The notes under the pieces are model-generated. The model was not told the origin of the DNA. It searched no databases and worked only from the letters and a program-made list of their open reading frames with translations. From contig JBHGNT010000011.1 in the NCBI GenBank assembly GCA_043228905.1, positions 11,904,001-11,968,000 on the forward strand: a DNA stretch of 64,000 nt. Reading direction: 5' to 3'. The stretch comes from Azolla caroliniana. Its lineage: Eukaryota; Plantae; Polypodiophyta. Shown piece by piece: positions 12,910-25,760 of this stretch. The position numbers and the translations under genes are program-made. Each line of letters starts with the position of its first letter. The first letter of the stretch is position 1.

Positions 12910-13488
12910 GGTCAACGAGGAAGGGTAAATGGGAGGCGTTGGATTGGAGGGGGGGAGGAGATCGGACGGTTATCCATGAATCGGGTGCCCTTCCCTATCC
13001 CCCCCCCTTCTCTCTCTCTATAGTCCTCTTTGAATTTGAGCTCTGTCTCTCTCTCTCTCTCTCTACACAATGCACACCTTCCCATATCACACACACGCGC
13101 ACTCTCTCAATAGAATCTTCTCTCTTTCCATCCGCACTCGTCCCTCCATCGTCAGTCCAATTGTCCATTGTGTGTGTGTCCTTGTGCCGTTCCGATCGGA
13201 AAGAACGTCTATCAAGGAGGGGGGGGGGGGGGGGGGGTGGTTCTTCTTTGTCTGGTGTGGGGCACGCCGGACGAACAACAACAAATGAGATGAGGCAACG
13301 AGACCTAAACCATGAGTCAAAGGCTCTCACTATCCACACACACACACACTCTCTCTCTAGGCTGACAGGACTCCTCCCTCCTCTCTCTAGCTTCTCTCTC
13401 TCTCTCTCTCATTCTTTCTCTCTGCCTAATTTTACTCTGACAAAGTTGACCCGTATTCCTAGGGCCCTCCCCTCTCTCTCTCTCTCTC

Positions 13489-13582
<94 letters not shown>

Positions 13583-13692
13583 GGATATCACAAAGGTCAA
13601 AAGTTCCCAAATTACATAATTTATTTTATGAATGAACGAACTAAATAGTTTCCGTGTTTTTACTTATTTTTGGTGGCGTGACATTGTTGACT
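12910..13692. promoter_or_regulatory. W-box (TTGACY) cluster upstream of the WRKY gene
   Basis: GGTCAA 12910, AGTCAA 13315, TTGACC 13446, GGTCAA 13595, TTGACT 13687. Confidence 0.5.
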
Positions 13693-13855
13693 TCTTATTT
13701 TATTGCATTTGGGTCTACGGACGCCAGCCATGTCTCTCTCTCTCTCTCTCTACCTCAAAGCCCTCGAGGTCTCCATACCTCCTCCTCCTTCTTCTGCTTC
13801 TTCTTCTTCTTCTTCTTCTTCCTTGCTCTACGTTCCCAACCCCCTCTCATTTCTT

Positions 13856-13890
<35 letters not shown>
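13010..13890. repeat. Dense microsatellite field: (CT)n, (CA)n, poly-G, (CTT)n; compound (CT)n(CA)n(CT)n at ~13471-13580
   Basis: Directly visible runs, typical of plant promoters and 5' UTRs. Confidence 0.9.
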
Positions 13891-13893
<3 letters not shown>

Positions 13894-13928
13894 TCTCTGC
13901 TGCTCCACATTCCTCCACATACTTAGCT

Positions 13929-15448
13929 ATGGTGATGGAAGTAGAGCTACTCAACAACCCTGAGCACCACCACCACCGGCCCCATGCCCCCTTGTCCATC
14001 CACTCTCCCAGCGGCATCATGGTGGGCAGAGACAGAGATGTACATGTTGCCGCCATGGCCGGGCTTGAGAGCATGAATCGGCTCATCCGATTCCTCTCAC
14101 ATGACAAGGAGAGCAAACAGGGCTGCAACATGAATCCTTCACACCAAGACGAAGGCGAAGGCGACAGATTAGAATGCTCCCCTATGGTGGATGCAACTAT
14201 ATGCGAGTTCCAGAAAATTACTTGTCTCATGAGGAGGGGCCGATTGGGGCATGCCCGTTTCAGACGAGGCCACAAGCCGTCGCCGCTTCCGCTTCCGGCT
14301 TCAAATCCGGTGCCGGATGATTATTCGCCGCCCATTGCCGAGGCTTATCATGACCATCATCTCCTAGAGTACCCTTCTACCCTTAGGGCTAGCTCACATG
14401 GTGTTATTCATACGAATAGGGACTCACATGATCCTATGAAAGATGATGATTCACATGGTGTCACTAGACATGGTTCTCATGGTCTCCGGGATTGTGTCAC
14501 AAGGCATAGTAATCCTCACAGTGTTGGGGATTATTCATATGGTTCCATTAGGGACAATTCACATTGTGTCGGGGATGGTTCTCGTGGTAGTAGACATGTC
14601 GATCCACCACAACCGAATGCAATTATGGATGTGTCCCACGAGATTGGGAGCGGTTCACATGCCGCCATGCCAAACACCTTGACATTCCGTCCACAACCCA
14701 CATCCATGGCCCCTCCTCACACCTTCATCAAGCAATTGCCTAGCCCTTCTTCATCTTCTTCTCCCACTAGCGGGTCCTCGCCTAACACTACTTTCTCCCC
14801 GGTTGTGTCATCACATCCACATGATCGTCTTCAAGGGCGCGGGACATCATCGTCATCACCATCATCTCATCAGCCTCAAATAATGGGCATGCCCATATCA
14901 TCAACACCATTGTCTTCTTCAATACATCCCAATGCCTCACAAAGCATGTTTGCCACCACTAAGAGTAAGAATGGCACCGATGTGCGTGAACCCATATCGA
15001 AGTGTGTGGTACCATCCACACCACAACTCTCTAGTGGTCCAGGTGTCATAAGGCCCAACAATAATACATCTCAAGGTGTTCATATCAAACCATCCTTGTA
15101 TTGCCAGGACCCATCTGTTATAACAACATCCCCTCTAGTAGTGCCCGTGCCCATGCCCATTAAGGTGCCCAAAGCTTCAGGGCTGGTCTCCAAACATATG
15201 GCCACAGCAAATGGAGCCACCATTTCATTGAGCCCTATCCCTCCCAATATTGCCACTACAACAACCAACTCCATCATCTCATCCCTTAGTGTGGATGCTA
15301 GTGTTGCAAGGCACCAACAACATAATCACTACGGTCTTGAGAGTGGACGACCTCCTCCAGCTTCATTGGGTGGTAAGAAATGTCGAGGAAAGTTGGTAGA
15401 TGGAACGGAATGCAATAGCCCCAGAAAATGCCATTGCCCCAAAAGAAG
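13929..15448 (+). CDS. WRKY: Group IId WRKY transcription factor, exon 1
   Basis: Calmodulin-binding C-motif-like AAMAGLESMNRLIRFLS, HARF motif (GHARFRRG), plant zinc cluster ..CHCPKRR; donor AG|GTTAGT at 15448/9; start ATG inferred. Confidence 0.88.
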
Positions 15449-15485
15449 GTTAGTTGGAGTGAGACCTTGAAGAAAAATCACCCAA

Positions 15486-15525
<40 letters not shown>

Positions 15526-15710
15526 CATTTTGCAGTTTGTTATGCTTACCTTTTGCCAAATCCCTATGACCAATCATTGCATTTACTTTGGGTCATGGGT
15601 TATGCCTTCATTTTAGGATATCCAATGGATTCTTGCCAGCTTAAGCTGATGGTGGCCTCATTATAATGTACATAGTGCTATGGATTTTGGCTTCTGGGTT
15701 GGGCAACCGT

Positions 15711-15904
15711 AGAATGTATGGTGCTCATTAATATACCCAGTATGTTATGTGATGCATTTTGACTCAAGGATTTATGTCCTCTTATATGATGTTCACACAT
15801 GGGTTGAGTGGCGTTAGGATGTATGGTCCTCATTAATAGATTCAGTATGTTATGTGAATGAATTTTGGCTCATGGATTTATGTCCTCTTATATGATGTCC
15901 ACAT
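15711..15904. repeat. Degenerate ~105-bp tandem duplication in WRKY intron 1
   Basis: atgtatggt(g/c)ctcattaata..cagtatgttatgtga..ggatttatgtcctcttatatgatgt occurs twice. Confidence 0.8.
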
Positions 15905-16010
15905 TGTACATTTCAGATTTTATGTGTTGTGTCCCTATTACTATGAGAGGCAATTACAATACAAGATGGCTTACACATTGTGTTGTATCTATGTATCTAT
16001 GTCCTTCCAG

Positions 16011-16136
16011 GAAATTGAAGAACATAACCATAGTGCGGGTTCCAGCAATAAGTCTAAAGATGGCCGATATACCTACGGATGAGTACTCGTGGAGGAAGTA
16101 TGGACAAAAACCAATCAAGGGTTCACCGCATCCTAG
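16011..16136 (+). CDS. WRKY: WRKY exon 2 ([42 protein letters not shown])
   Basis: Acceptor ttccag|G; WRKYGQK; conserved phase-2 R-type intron after PR (AG|GTATTA). Confidence 0.96.
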
Positions 16137-16238
16137 GTATTATACAATATAGTTTTAGTACCTTCATTGTCACGAGATATAGTTCTTTTGAAAATATGAT
16201 CATAATCATGATATATAGATGTATCTTGGATGATTCAG

Positions 16239-16368
16239 GGGTTATTATAGGTGTAGCACAATTAGGGGATGCCCTGCACGAAAACATGTGGAGCGCGCCC
16301 TCGATGATCCCAACATGTTGATTGTCACCTATGATGGCGAGCACAATCACTCACAAACCCTCAAATAA
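16239..16368 (+). CDS. WRKY: WRKY exon 3 ([42 protein letters not shown])
   Basis: Acceptor ttcag|G; C-X5-C..H-X-H finger; spliced CDS 1520+126+130 = 1776 nt = 591 aa plus stop. Confidence 0.96.
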
Positions 16369-19060
16369 AGCTTGGCCACATTGTGAATGCACAATGATGG
16401 GAGTCAACAAGTGCCAACATTTGAGCCTTTTTCTTATGATAATGACCAACATTATATTAGTCTTTGATACATGGTCCATCAACTTTACACTATAAAATGT
16501 GATCTCTCCAAAGGGCCTAGTGTGATAAGTGTAAATCTTCCGTCCTCCTTGACTGTTGTTCTCAATGGCATCATCGAGGTGTGTAAAATTCTAAGAAGGG
16601 TTTGTTTTGGAAACCCTAAAGGAAAAGATTTGATGCTCAACACTAGGTACCTATGCTAGGTGAAGAGTATGTTACATGTGCCACACCACATTGTCCAAAT
16701 TTCTCATTGTCTTTTGATTCTCATAATCGTATGATTTTCGAACTTCATGTGCAATTTACCCTAGTGGATTTAATGTATAAATCCATTGATTACGTCAATT
16801 AGTCTTGTGGTAATGATGGATATTGCTCATGCCCATGGGATGAATTGTATCAATTCCATGTAGCCAAGTTAAATGCTCCTATTATGGAATGTTCTCATGA
16901 ACTTGGATCCATACTTCATTACAAGATAAAAGTAACTCAATATCAAATTTTCGAAATGGCCGTTATGACCATTTTGTAACTTATAGATCTTTTATTTTTG
17001 ACATTTGGGTTTCTATTGTGGGAGAGTAATGATTTTGTCTCTAAGTGAATTTTGAATACATTAGGATAGGGTGGTAGCCTAAAGAATACATTGGAATGCA
17101 TATTTCTTTTTCTATATTGACATGTATGCATATTGTAGTCCAACTAGTTAGTTTTTTCTAATTGCATAAGGGAATGGTTGGAACTCTTCATGTTTACAAC
17201 CATCTCTCTAAGAAAGCAATCCCATTTGTGAGTAGTCATGGTCTTGGGATTTTGCGAAGATGACAAGGGGATTAGGCCATGCTTATGCAACCATAACACA
17301 TCGTGTGTGTAAGGGAACATAGGGGTCAATATGTTGTCTCCTATTAAGAGATCACGTAAGGTACTAGGAGGAGGGAACCCATAAGAAGGGCATGGGAAGG
17401 GGGAAAACTATATGTTGGTCACTACTTGGAAGGAATGTCGATGTAATGTCTATGGGTTGTGACATGTTTTCTATATAGTATAGTTGTGTACAAACTATGT
17501 TTTTTTCTTGTTTAGATAGTGTAGGTGGTCATAAGGTTACCTAAATGTTCATGGGCCTATCTCAAGTCTTGATTTGTTTGGTAATAACAAATTAAATACA
17601 TATACTGGTTACGACAAAGTCTTAAACATAGGTGAAACATCCTATAGGAAATGTTCCTTTTTTTTAAAAGTATGTTTTGCACAAGGGTATCTAGCCAACC
17701 TTTATATAACTCTAAACCCTAGGAACTGTGCATAAGATACTTTATTGCGAGTTTCTTTATGAGAAAATCTTGTGATTACAATGATGGGAAAGGTCAATTG
17801 TTTGAATCTTATGGTTGGTTGTGGAGATTTGTCAAAATGGGTTGAATAGTGTTGTCTTCTTAGTATTACATTTGCTTCAAGTCATATAGAGTGGTACTCA
17901 ACTTGGAAGTGTTGGACAGGTCGATATATATTTAGCGGTTGACAATTGTTATTGCTTTAGATTGGGTTAGTATTGTGGTAGTCCGGAGGTCCTTATTTCA
18001 TTTAATTACATGCATACTTGTACTCATAACATCCAATATAGTAAAACATTAAGTAGCTATAAGAAACGATTTAGAATTCCTTGCTCAAATCCTTTCCTTG
18101 TAACTGCCATAAAGGAAGCATAAAGTTCATGCCTATCGAAAACAACAAATTGATCAAGTTCGTTTCATTTATTACAAAAATTAGGAAAGGAAACAACTTG
18201 ATGAAGTTCTTGCTAGAGTGATGCATGCACATTCTTTAATATATGTACAAAGTCATCAAGAGGGGGTAGATTTCCTTTCCAAACATTAAACTCTTTTTAG
18301 GTCAAGCCTCACCTTGGGACAAAAACAACAAAGTGTTAACAAAATTCGAGATACATTAGGTTGTCCTTGCACAACCCATGTTAGAGCATACAATCGATAT
18401 GGACCCCTCTAGGTTCTCATTTATGTCACTCGTGCTTTAATTTGGTGAACACATAATTTGTATCAAGTGTCATTTACATCAAGGGGTTAGCTTTTGTGAA
18501 TCTCAAAGTTTAATGATTGTTTTGTAGTTGATTTTTCTAGTTTACCCTATTTATATCCTAATCTTCATCGCATCTTAATTATACCTTTTCATTTATTGAA
18601 CTAATACCTTAAGTTTGTTCTCACAAGTGAGCATATTATTTTCTTCTTATTCACATCTTTACGTGATAAACATCTCAATCAATAATAGTATATTCACACT
18701 ATTCTCCTGTTATTCAATATGTTTTTAGCAATGTCAATGTTGTAAGGCTGATCTTAAGGGGCAATTTATTTTTGTTTAAACTAGAAAATTATGAAAATGT
18801 TTTTACAACACATGCAACATTACATTTATTGTACGGGTTCAAACATAAAAGCTTAACGTTGCAAAGCACAAGCTTTTCTCTTGCTTGCATTGCTGATGAC
18901 AATGGCTATTTGAATTTTAGAGCTTCAATAAGCTAACTTCTTAATAGTTAAGTGTGAATTCATAGGACCATCTAAACCATAGAACGTAATATTCGTGTTC
19001 GTGCAAGCATTCAAATGTTTAGAAAGGAAGAGATTTGAAATGGGATTTATAATCATTACA

Positions 19061-19400
19061 ATTCAGCTCACCTTAGTGGTAGGGAGTCATGCTATTGTTG
19101 TCTATGTCTTGGGTTCGATTTCGAATTTTCTCATCTCTTTCTCTTATTAGTTTTATAATAGTTTTTTTATTTTTTATTTTATTAGAACTAAGCACAATCT
19201 AGTGGTAAGTTGCTTTGCTACTATTACTTGTGTCTTGGGTTCAATTCCCAACTTTCTCATATCCTCTTGTTAGTGTCATGGCAAAATTTTATGTTAGTGT
19301 CATGTTCCTTTTTCTTCTTTTTCTTTCTTTCTTTGTTATTAGAAATTAGCTCACCCTAGTGGTAAGTTGTTATGCTACTATTGCCTATGTCATGTTTTCT
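19061..19400 (+). repeat. Three tandem tRNA-derived (SINE-head-like) degenerate units
   Basis: agctcacc(t/c)tagtggta..gtcttgggttcgatt (19111) / gggttcaattccc (19237); the third unit lacks a B-box; T-runs separate the units. Confidence 0.6.
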
Positions 19401-19519
19401 TCATATTCTCGAATATACGTTTTATGAGTTTTTAAACGTTTGATTATAATTTATAATGATATATTTTGATTCAATCTCTATAATTCATACTCATTTTTTG
19501 TAAAGTTCTAAAGTGAGGA

Positions 19520-19655
19520 TGATAGAGATGTCTTGATTCTTAAGAAGCATCCCAAAAGTATGCATGTGATACAATGCAAATATTGCAAGTTGCAACCATA
19601 CTTATGTTGGTGGTTCACAATGGATTAGAGTCCACTTATTGGGAATGAGAGTGAA
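19520..19655 (+). pseudogene. BED zinc-finger relic, probably from a hAT transposase
   Basis: Removing a small duplication gives IQCKYCNHTYVGGSQWIRVHLLG, fitting the CxxC..GG..HL BED pattern. Confidence 0.5.
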
Positions 19656-22600
19656 TCAATATATAATATAGACCATAGTCAATCCAATCCAACTTTGAAA
19701 TGATTTACCATACACGTTTGATTGAATCATTCTCGAATGCGAATGCACGTATGATACGTATAGTTCATTCTATAATCTAAACTATATTATATGATGTATA
19801 AAGGTAATGATTTCATCTTGTGGTTTTGGATGTAATGTCTTGTTAATTAAATATTAAAAATTCATTGTGACAATCAAAATGTTTACCAATACAAGGGAAA
19901 AACGCGTTGCCCATTAACAAATTCCAAGTTTAACCATTAATGTTTTGGATTTTGCTATATACTCCTTCACCATACCTATAAACAAAGGTTCATGCATGGG
20001 CAGGTGAACTCATAAGATCCAAGACCGTACTTATATTGCCATTGAACATCACCATTAAATGTGATGCAAGACTATAAATATGGGCAATAATATCAAGATG
20101 AATTATAAGCGTTGAGGCACAACTAGCCTTTAGTTACAATGTGAAAGAAGTGTGATTTAGCTACATATTGATGTGGAATGAGAAGTTGAACAATTTACAT
20201 TTCTATTAATTTAATGATTGCTTACTGCATACATTTGTAAATATAGTTAATGGATGAACACTTATATGGGAAACTCTTGTAATTTTTGACACTATTGCTG
20301 GATATTATAGTCAGTATTTATCGTCAACGTATTAAAAGATGCCCTGGAGAAGGAAATCCCCATAAATAAACACTTGTAAGCGACCATTTTGTATCTTTGA
20401 ACCTCATTACGATGAGTTGCGAGTAATCTTTATCATGAAGCTTTTATAAAATCCACCAAAGTAGGAAATCCCCTCTTTAAAACATAATTGTCCTGATCTC
20501 AACAAGGTTCATTTCTATGACTATTGGTTGAAGAAGAAAACTATGGTATTATTTTGTACTTTTTGGTACAATGTTAGGCATTTGTCTCAGTAATCACATG
20601 TTTGTGTTATATATATTGTAATGCTCTCAATGTTATATATAATGCCAAACGCCTCCATTTGTCCTTTGCTCTGAAATTCAAGACCTATGCGCCAACTATT
20701 GCTTTTTGCAATCATTGAATTTTGTTCAAGCCCATCATGACTCATTGTAATCATGTCTTTGTAATTGTCCATTGAATCGATAATTTTAAAGTAAAGGCAT
20801 ACACCCTTACCTTAATAATATGCTAGAGTACACATGAACATTAACTACATAAATATTTCAACGGCTTCATTTATTTTTGACCAAAGACGAGAGCCACTTG
20901 AAGATATAGTAATTTTTTGTACTATGTAGTATTTACCATTCTTTATTTAAAATTCTCGTTCTTATTCCAAAAGACTATTTTATTATGTGTGTCTTTAGTG
21001 TTGGACATGCATTTGCAAGCTTTTCCCCTCATTTGTTGATGCATTATTAATTTTTTGGCAATGCCCAAGTCTTTGACTAGGGCTGTTTGACAAGCAGTCC
21101 ATTATTTCTCATAATGAAAAGTAGGAGTTCATATTTTCTTTATTTCTCTTTTGAAGATCCATGTCAGAAGTCCACTCATGTAATGATTTGATCCTCACTC
21201 TTTCTCACTATACAACATTCCTCTTCCAATCACAATGTGCACTCTTGATTGTAATGTTTGTTAGTAAAATTCTTGGTCATCAAGAGTCACTTCTCAACTC
21301 CATACATACTATTCCATCCTCATCTCGCTCTCTAGACATTTGTAGCGTCTTGTTTTAAATATGCATTCAATGATTTCATTTAATTATTTCTCTCTCTCTC
21401 TCTCATATATTCTTATTTATTTACTAAATTGTGTGGTTTTATTTTTCTCCATATACATATATAACATGAGACAACCATAAACATAATCATGATTTATTTC
21501 ATAGGTCAATTTCGGCCTCTAGTAAACAATAATAAATGTGTTCTCTCTCTCTCTCTCTCTTTTCATGTAAATCAATGTTTTGTTATTAAAACAAGATGAT
21601 AATACAATCCTTGCTACCTTCACTACATCATGAGTAGTAATAATGCATGGGAAACCCTCTCAAGTGTTGCAAAACTAGATGGCATACCTCTATCTCCTCT
21701 CGGGACAATGTCCCCAAACAACATAGTTGCGAAAATTGCCACATCAATTTCCCTTTCATCCGACGAAGTTGTTGTGTTATCCCATGAAGTCCATCAAACA
21801 AGAATCCATTTCTCGTGGTCCAATTAAACCACATCCCCCAATACCTAAGGTAGTCAAACACGACCTTATATGATGGTGCAGGCATGCCTTTATCGTCATC
21901 AATAAAAACCCAGTTAAAAGGTGACAAAATATTGCATGTTATCGATTCCCAAATTTGTGATATAACCACCCAAATGGCTTTAGCAATTGGACATGTAATG
22001 AACCTATGTCTGGAATCTTCCTCAACCACCGTGCAAAAAAAACATGTCCCATTTGAAATATTTCTCCGTTTTAAAGCGATCGTCAAAGGCAACCCACTAA
22101 CAATCACACGCCAAAGAAACACCTTAGCATGAAACGGAAGATGCGACTGCCATCCTGCATCCAAAACTCTAGTCCACCACTTTGCATGTCGAGTAATATA
22201 CCATGTCTTTGCAACCTTGGTTGCTAACCAAGCTCTATCTTCAACCAACTTATGGTATACACCATTAGTGTTCACCACAAAAATTGATTGTCCAATACCA
22301 AACGACCAATTTTTCCATGGGTCCGCAACCAGCAACATTGGAATCGGGAAAACTAATCTAGGCAATGCCAATATTGATTCCCAAATGTACCCATATCCCC
22401 ATGGTATATGAAACTTATATCTAACTGTCCTAAAGGCCATCATTTTCTTACATGACTGTAATATACCATCTTCCACCGTTACCAATCCCAGCCTAGCCAT
22501 TCGATTAAACTGTGTATTTAGGCTTTCTTTTCCATCCCAATGTAGTAGCCTTTTAAGATGCCAATACCTCTGCTGCCAAGGAATTAATATCTTTTCTACA

Positions 22601-23278
22601 CTTAGGGGGGCTCCAATGAAATAATTCCAAGCATCACTGCCAATAAAGCACTAATTGTTGGACCATAATAGATTTTGAACATTTAAATGCACGGGTACTA
22701 TTAACAACATGCCACCACGATGTTCTAATTCTAGTTTTCCCATGGTATATACCAACCTTTTCCACAAAATAATGAATTATTTCTGCCCAAGGTTGGGTAC
22801 CTATGCACATACCTTTCAATAGATTGAATCTTTGAGCCACCATATGATCCTCCAAATTTAGTAATGCAACTCCCCCTAACCGTTTTGGAGTACAAATATT
22901 GTTCCATGATACCCAACTCATACCCAATCTTGATTCTTTCTTCCACAATGTATATTTAAGTGAATGAGCTAATTGATCAAGTGATTTCTTTGTCCAAGGT
23001 AATAATGACAAAAAATAAGAAATCATTGGAATCATTATAGCTTGTACCACTTTGAGACGAGTACTAAATGGCCATGCTTGAGACTTCCAATACATAAATT
23101 TGTCTAAAATGGTCCCCGATATCCAATTCAAACTTTGAGATGTTGAGATATCAACACCAATAGGGTAACCTAAGTGCCGACACACATTGCCTTGATCCAA
23201 TATTTGGCCACACCATCCAAGATCCCCCAAATCACTCTCAGTGCATCTAATGAGCATCGACTTTCACATATTTATATG

Positions 23279-23843
23279 CATAGATTGACACATGCGCGAT
23301 ATTTGTGATATTCTCCATGCGCAATATTCTCAATATTCGAGAATACGAAATTGCCCCAAGAATATTAAAAAACCATTCGTTTTGCAAAAAAAATATAAAA
23401 AAAATATTTATGTATTTAAATAAATTTATTTTGCCTAAAAAAGAACAATTATTTATTAATAGATTATAGTGTCAAGAGAGTTTATGAAACTTATTTTAAT
23501 TAATCAATCAATTAATTAATTTTTAAAATACAAATATTTTTATATTTATTATACAAATATGATTAGTATGAACTTTGAAGACATGATTAGTTTGAAGTAC
23601 TATTTTTAATGTCAAAATAAAAATATCCATAAATTTTGAGGGAATAAAAAGTGAGAAATTAATGAGCCTTTATTTTATTTTATTTATTTATTAAAAATAA
23701 AATGAATACTTATAACTTATAAGTTATACATTTATTATAAATATTTAGTAGTGTCAAGTCCCCAAGTTCCTCTTTTATTATCCCTGTTTATTGTCAAGTT
23801 CCTTTTTTTTTTATCCTAGGAAATTAAAAAAGAAAGAGTTCTC

Positions 23844-23874
<31 letters not shown>

Positions 23875-23962
23875 TTCAAACGAATACTTGACCACCCATT
23901 CGTATTCGTATTCATTTGCATTCGAATGGGAAACCTGACGAATGCGAATATGTCAATCTATG
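23279..23962. mobile_element. Non-autonomous hAT element (MITE, 684 bp) inserted in the LINE RT
   Basis: 12-bp TIR CATAGATTGACA..TGTCAATCTATG; 8-bp TSD TTTATATG (23271-23278 / 23963-23970); removal restores GLHINM*KSMLI. Confidence 0.93.
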
Positions 23963-25480
23963 TTTATATGTAATCCTGACGCCAATGCAAACACATTCCA
24001 CACCTCCATGGCTTTTGTTATATTATCAAGTACCACTTTGAGAAATAACAACGAATCATCGGCCAATGCTTGTGCTATCAATTGTTTTCCTGATTGCAGA
24101 GCTAGTCCAACTATTTCCCCACATGTTGCCAACTCATGCATCTTCACCAAAATCGGGTGTGTAGCAATTGCAAATAACAATGGACTCAATGGGCATCCTG
24201 GTCGAAGTGATCTTGCCAATGGTATTGCTTTAGTTACTCCACCATTTAACATAATGTGTGACACTGCACCTAATCCCACCAACAAGGGGATGCAAGATAT
24301 CCTTTCCCCAAAACCCATATGGGACAAGAGTTGATGAATAAAAGACCAACTTACATGATCATATGCCTTCTCGATATCTAGTTGTATCATTACAATTTGC
24401 TGTTTGGAATCTTTTGCATAATCCACTGCCATTTGCACATTCAAAATATTATGCAAGATATCCCTTCCTTTAATAAACCCATATTGCATTGGATGAACCA
24501 CAGACGACAATACCTTTTGAAGTCTATTTGCAATTACTTTGGCAAAAATCTTATACAACCCACCCATTAATGAATCGGTCTCCATTGAGCAGAAGACATA
24601 GGAGATGCCACTTTTGATATAAGCTTAACCAGGCCTATTTTCCACGAATCAGGCATTTTACTAGAACTCCACACTTGGAATAACATTGTTAGAGGACCTT
24701 TGAGTTCTTGTACAAACGGTTTAAAAAACTCATTCGTAATGCCATCCCAACCCGGGCTTTTATCAACTGAGAGATGTGACAATACAGTTTCGACCTCCTC
24801 CTCTTGTATATCCTCCTCCATGGTCCACATGTCATGTTGCCCACCAAATGTGTAACTGAGTTAAAGAACATTGATCTCGCTTGTGTTATGTCATCATTTA
24901 GATTACCTTCTTGCCCAAAAAGATTCTTGAAATGCTTAACACACTCATCAATAATCACTTCTGGGTTTGTATTTAAAGTTCCATCAATCTCTACGCATAC
25001 CACATTCATCCTAGCATGAGATGCATGCAACCCATGGAAAAACTTATGTGAATGACAATTGTGATCATGTACTTCACTTTTCATAGCCATCACTCGTGAT
25101 TGTTGATGTAAAGCATGTGACAATGCCTCTTGAATATCCAACAACACATCATCAAATGGACATTTCACCAACAACACATTACATCTGTCTAGAAATTGTT
25201 GGATTAAACTCATCTTTTGTTTACAGATGGAAGCTTGATGAATTCCATAATATCGTGTAAAGCGTTGAATATTAGAGAGACAAACATCCCATGATGAAAG
25301 ACCATGAACATTGACTTGTCTAGTTAACTCTTCCACCAATTGTCCCATAGCATGTTTACAGTTATTATGTCCAAGAAAAGATGAAGTAAACCGCAATGGT
25401 GGTTTTCCCGATAATGATCTAAAATCATCCATAGTTTGATGTGTGCAGTCCAACACAATCGAGAAGTGATCTGATAATCC

Positions 25481-25760
25481 AATCCCCCTATACACTTGCA
25501 TAGTCATAAGCGATGGCAAGAATGTCTCATCATGCATAATGTAGATTCGATCCAATCTACTCCAAGTCTATCTATATTGTGCAGATTGAAAAGTATAACC
25601 AACCTCATGTCCATTAATCCAATCCCCCTATACACTTGCATAGTCATAAGCGATGGCAAGAATGTCTCATCATGCATAATGTAGATTCGATCCAATCTAC
25701 TCCAAGTCGATCTATATTGTGCAGATTGAAAAGTATAACCAACCTCATGTCCATTAATCC
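25481..25760. repeat. 140-bp tandem duplication within the LINE endonuclease
   Basis: 25481-25620 and 25621-25760 are near identical (1 mismatch seen); TAATCCAA microhomology at the junction. Confidence 0.93.

Noticed and set aside
13632-13928. N-terminal 99 aa of the 612-aa ORF
   Set aside because: Translates (CT)n/(CTT)n microsatellites and is probably 5' UTR; the ORF's end (LVGVRP) is read-through into intron 1
12912-13963. Several ORFs up to 226 aa upstream of the WRKY
   Set aside because: Stop-free by-products of dinucleotide repeats
16900-18500. Possible LINE relics downstream of the WRKY
   Set aside because: No reconstructable diagnostic motif
19061-19400. CRISPR-like repeat array
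   Set aside because: Eukaryotic context, degenerate irregular repeats, no cas genes
20300-20800. Possible MULE/FAR1 relic on minus (WRIGLEFQSKGQMEAF; KDTKWSLTSVYL)
   Set aside because: Motif resemblance only; too degraded to call without an HMM search
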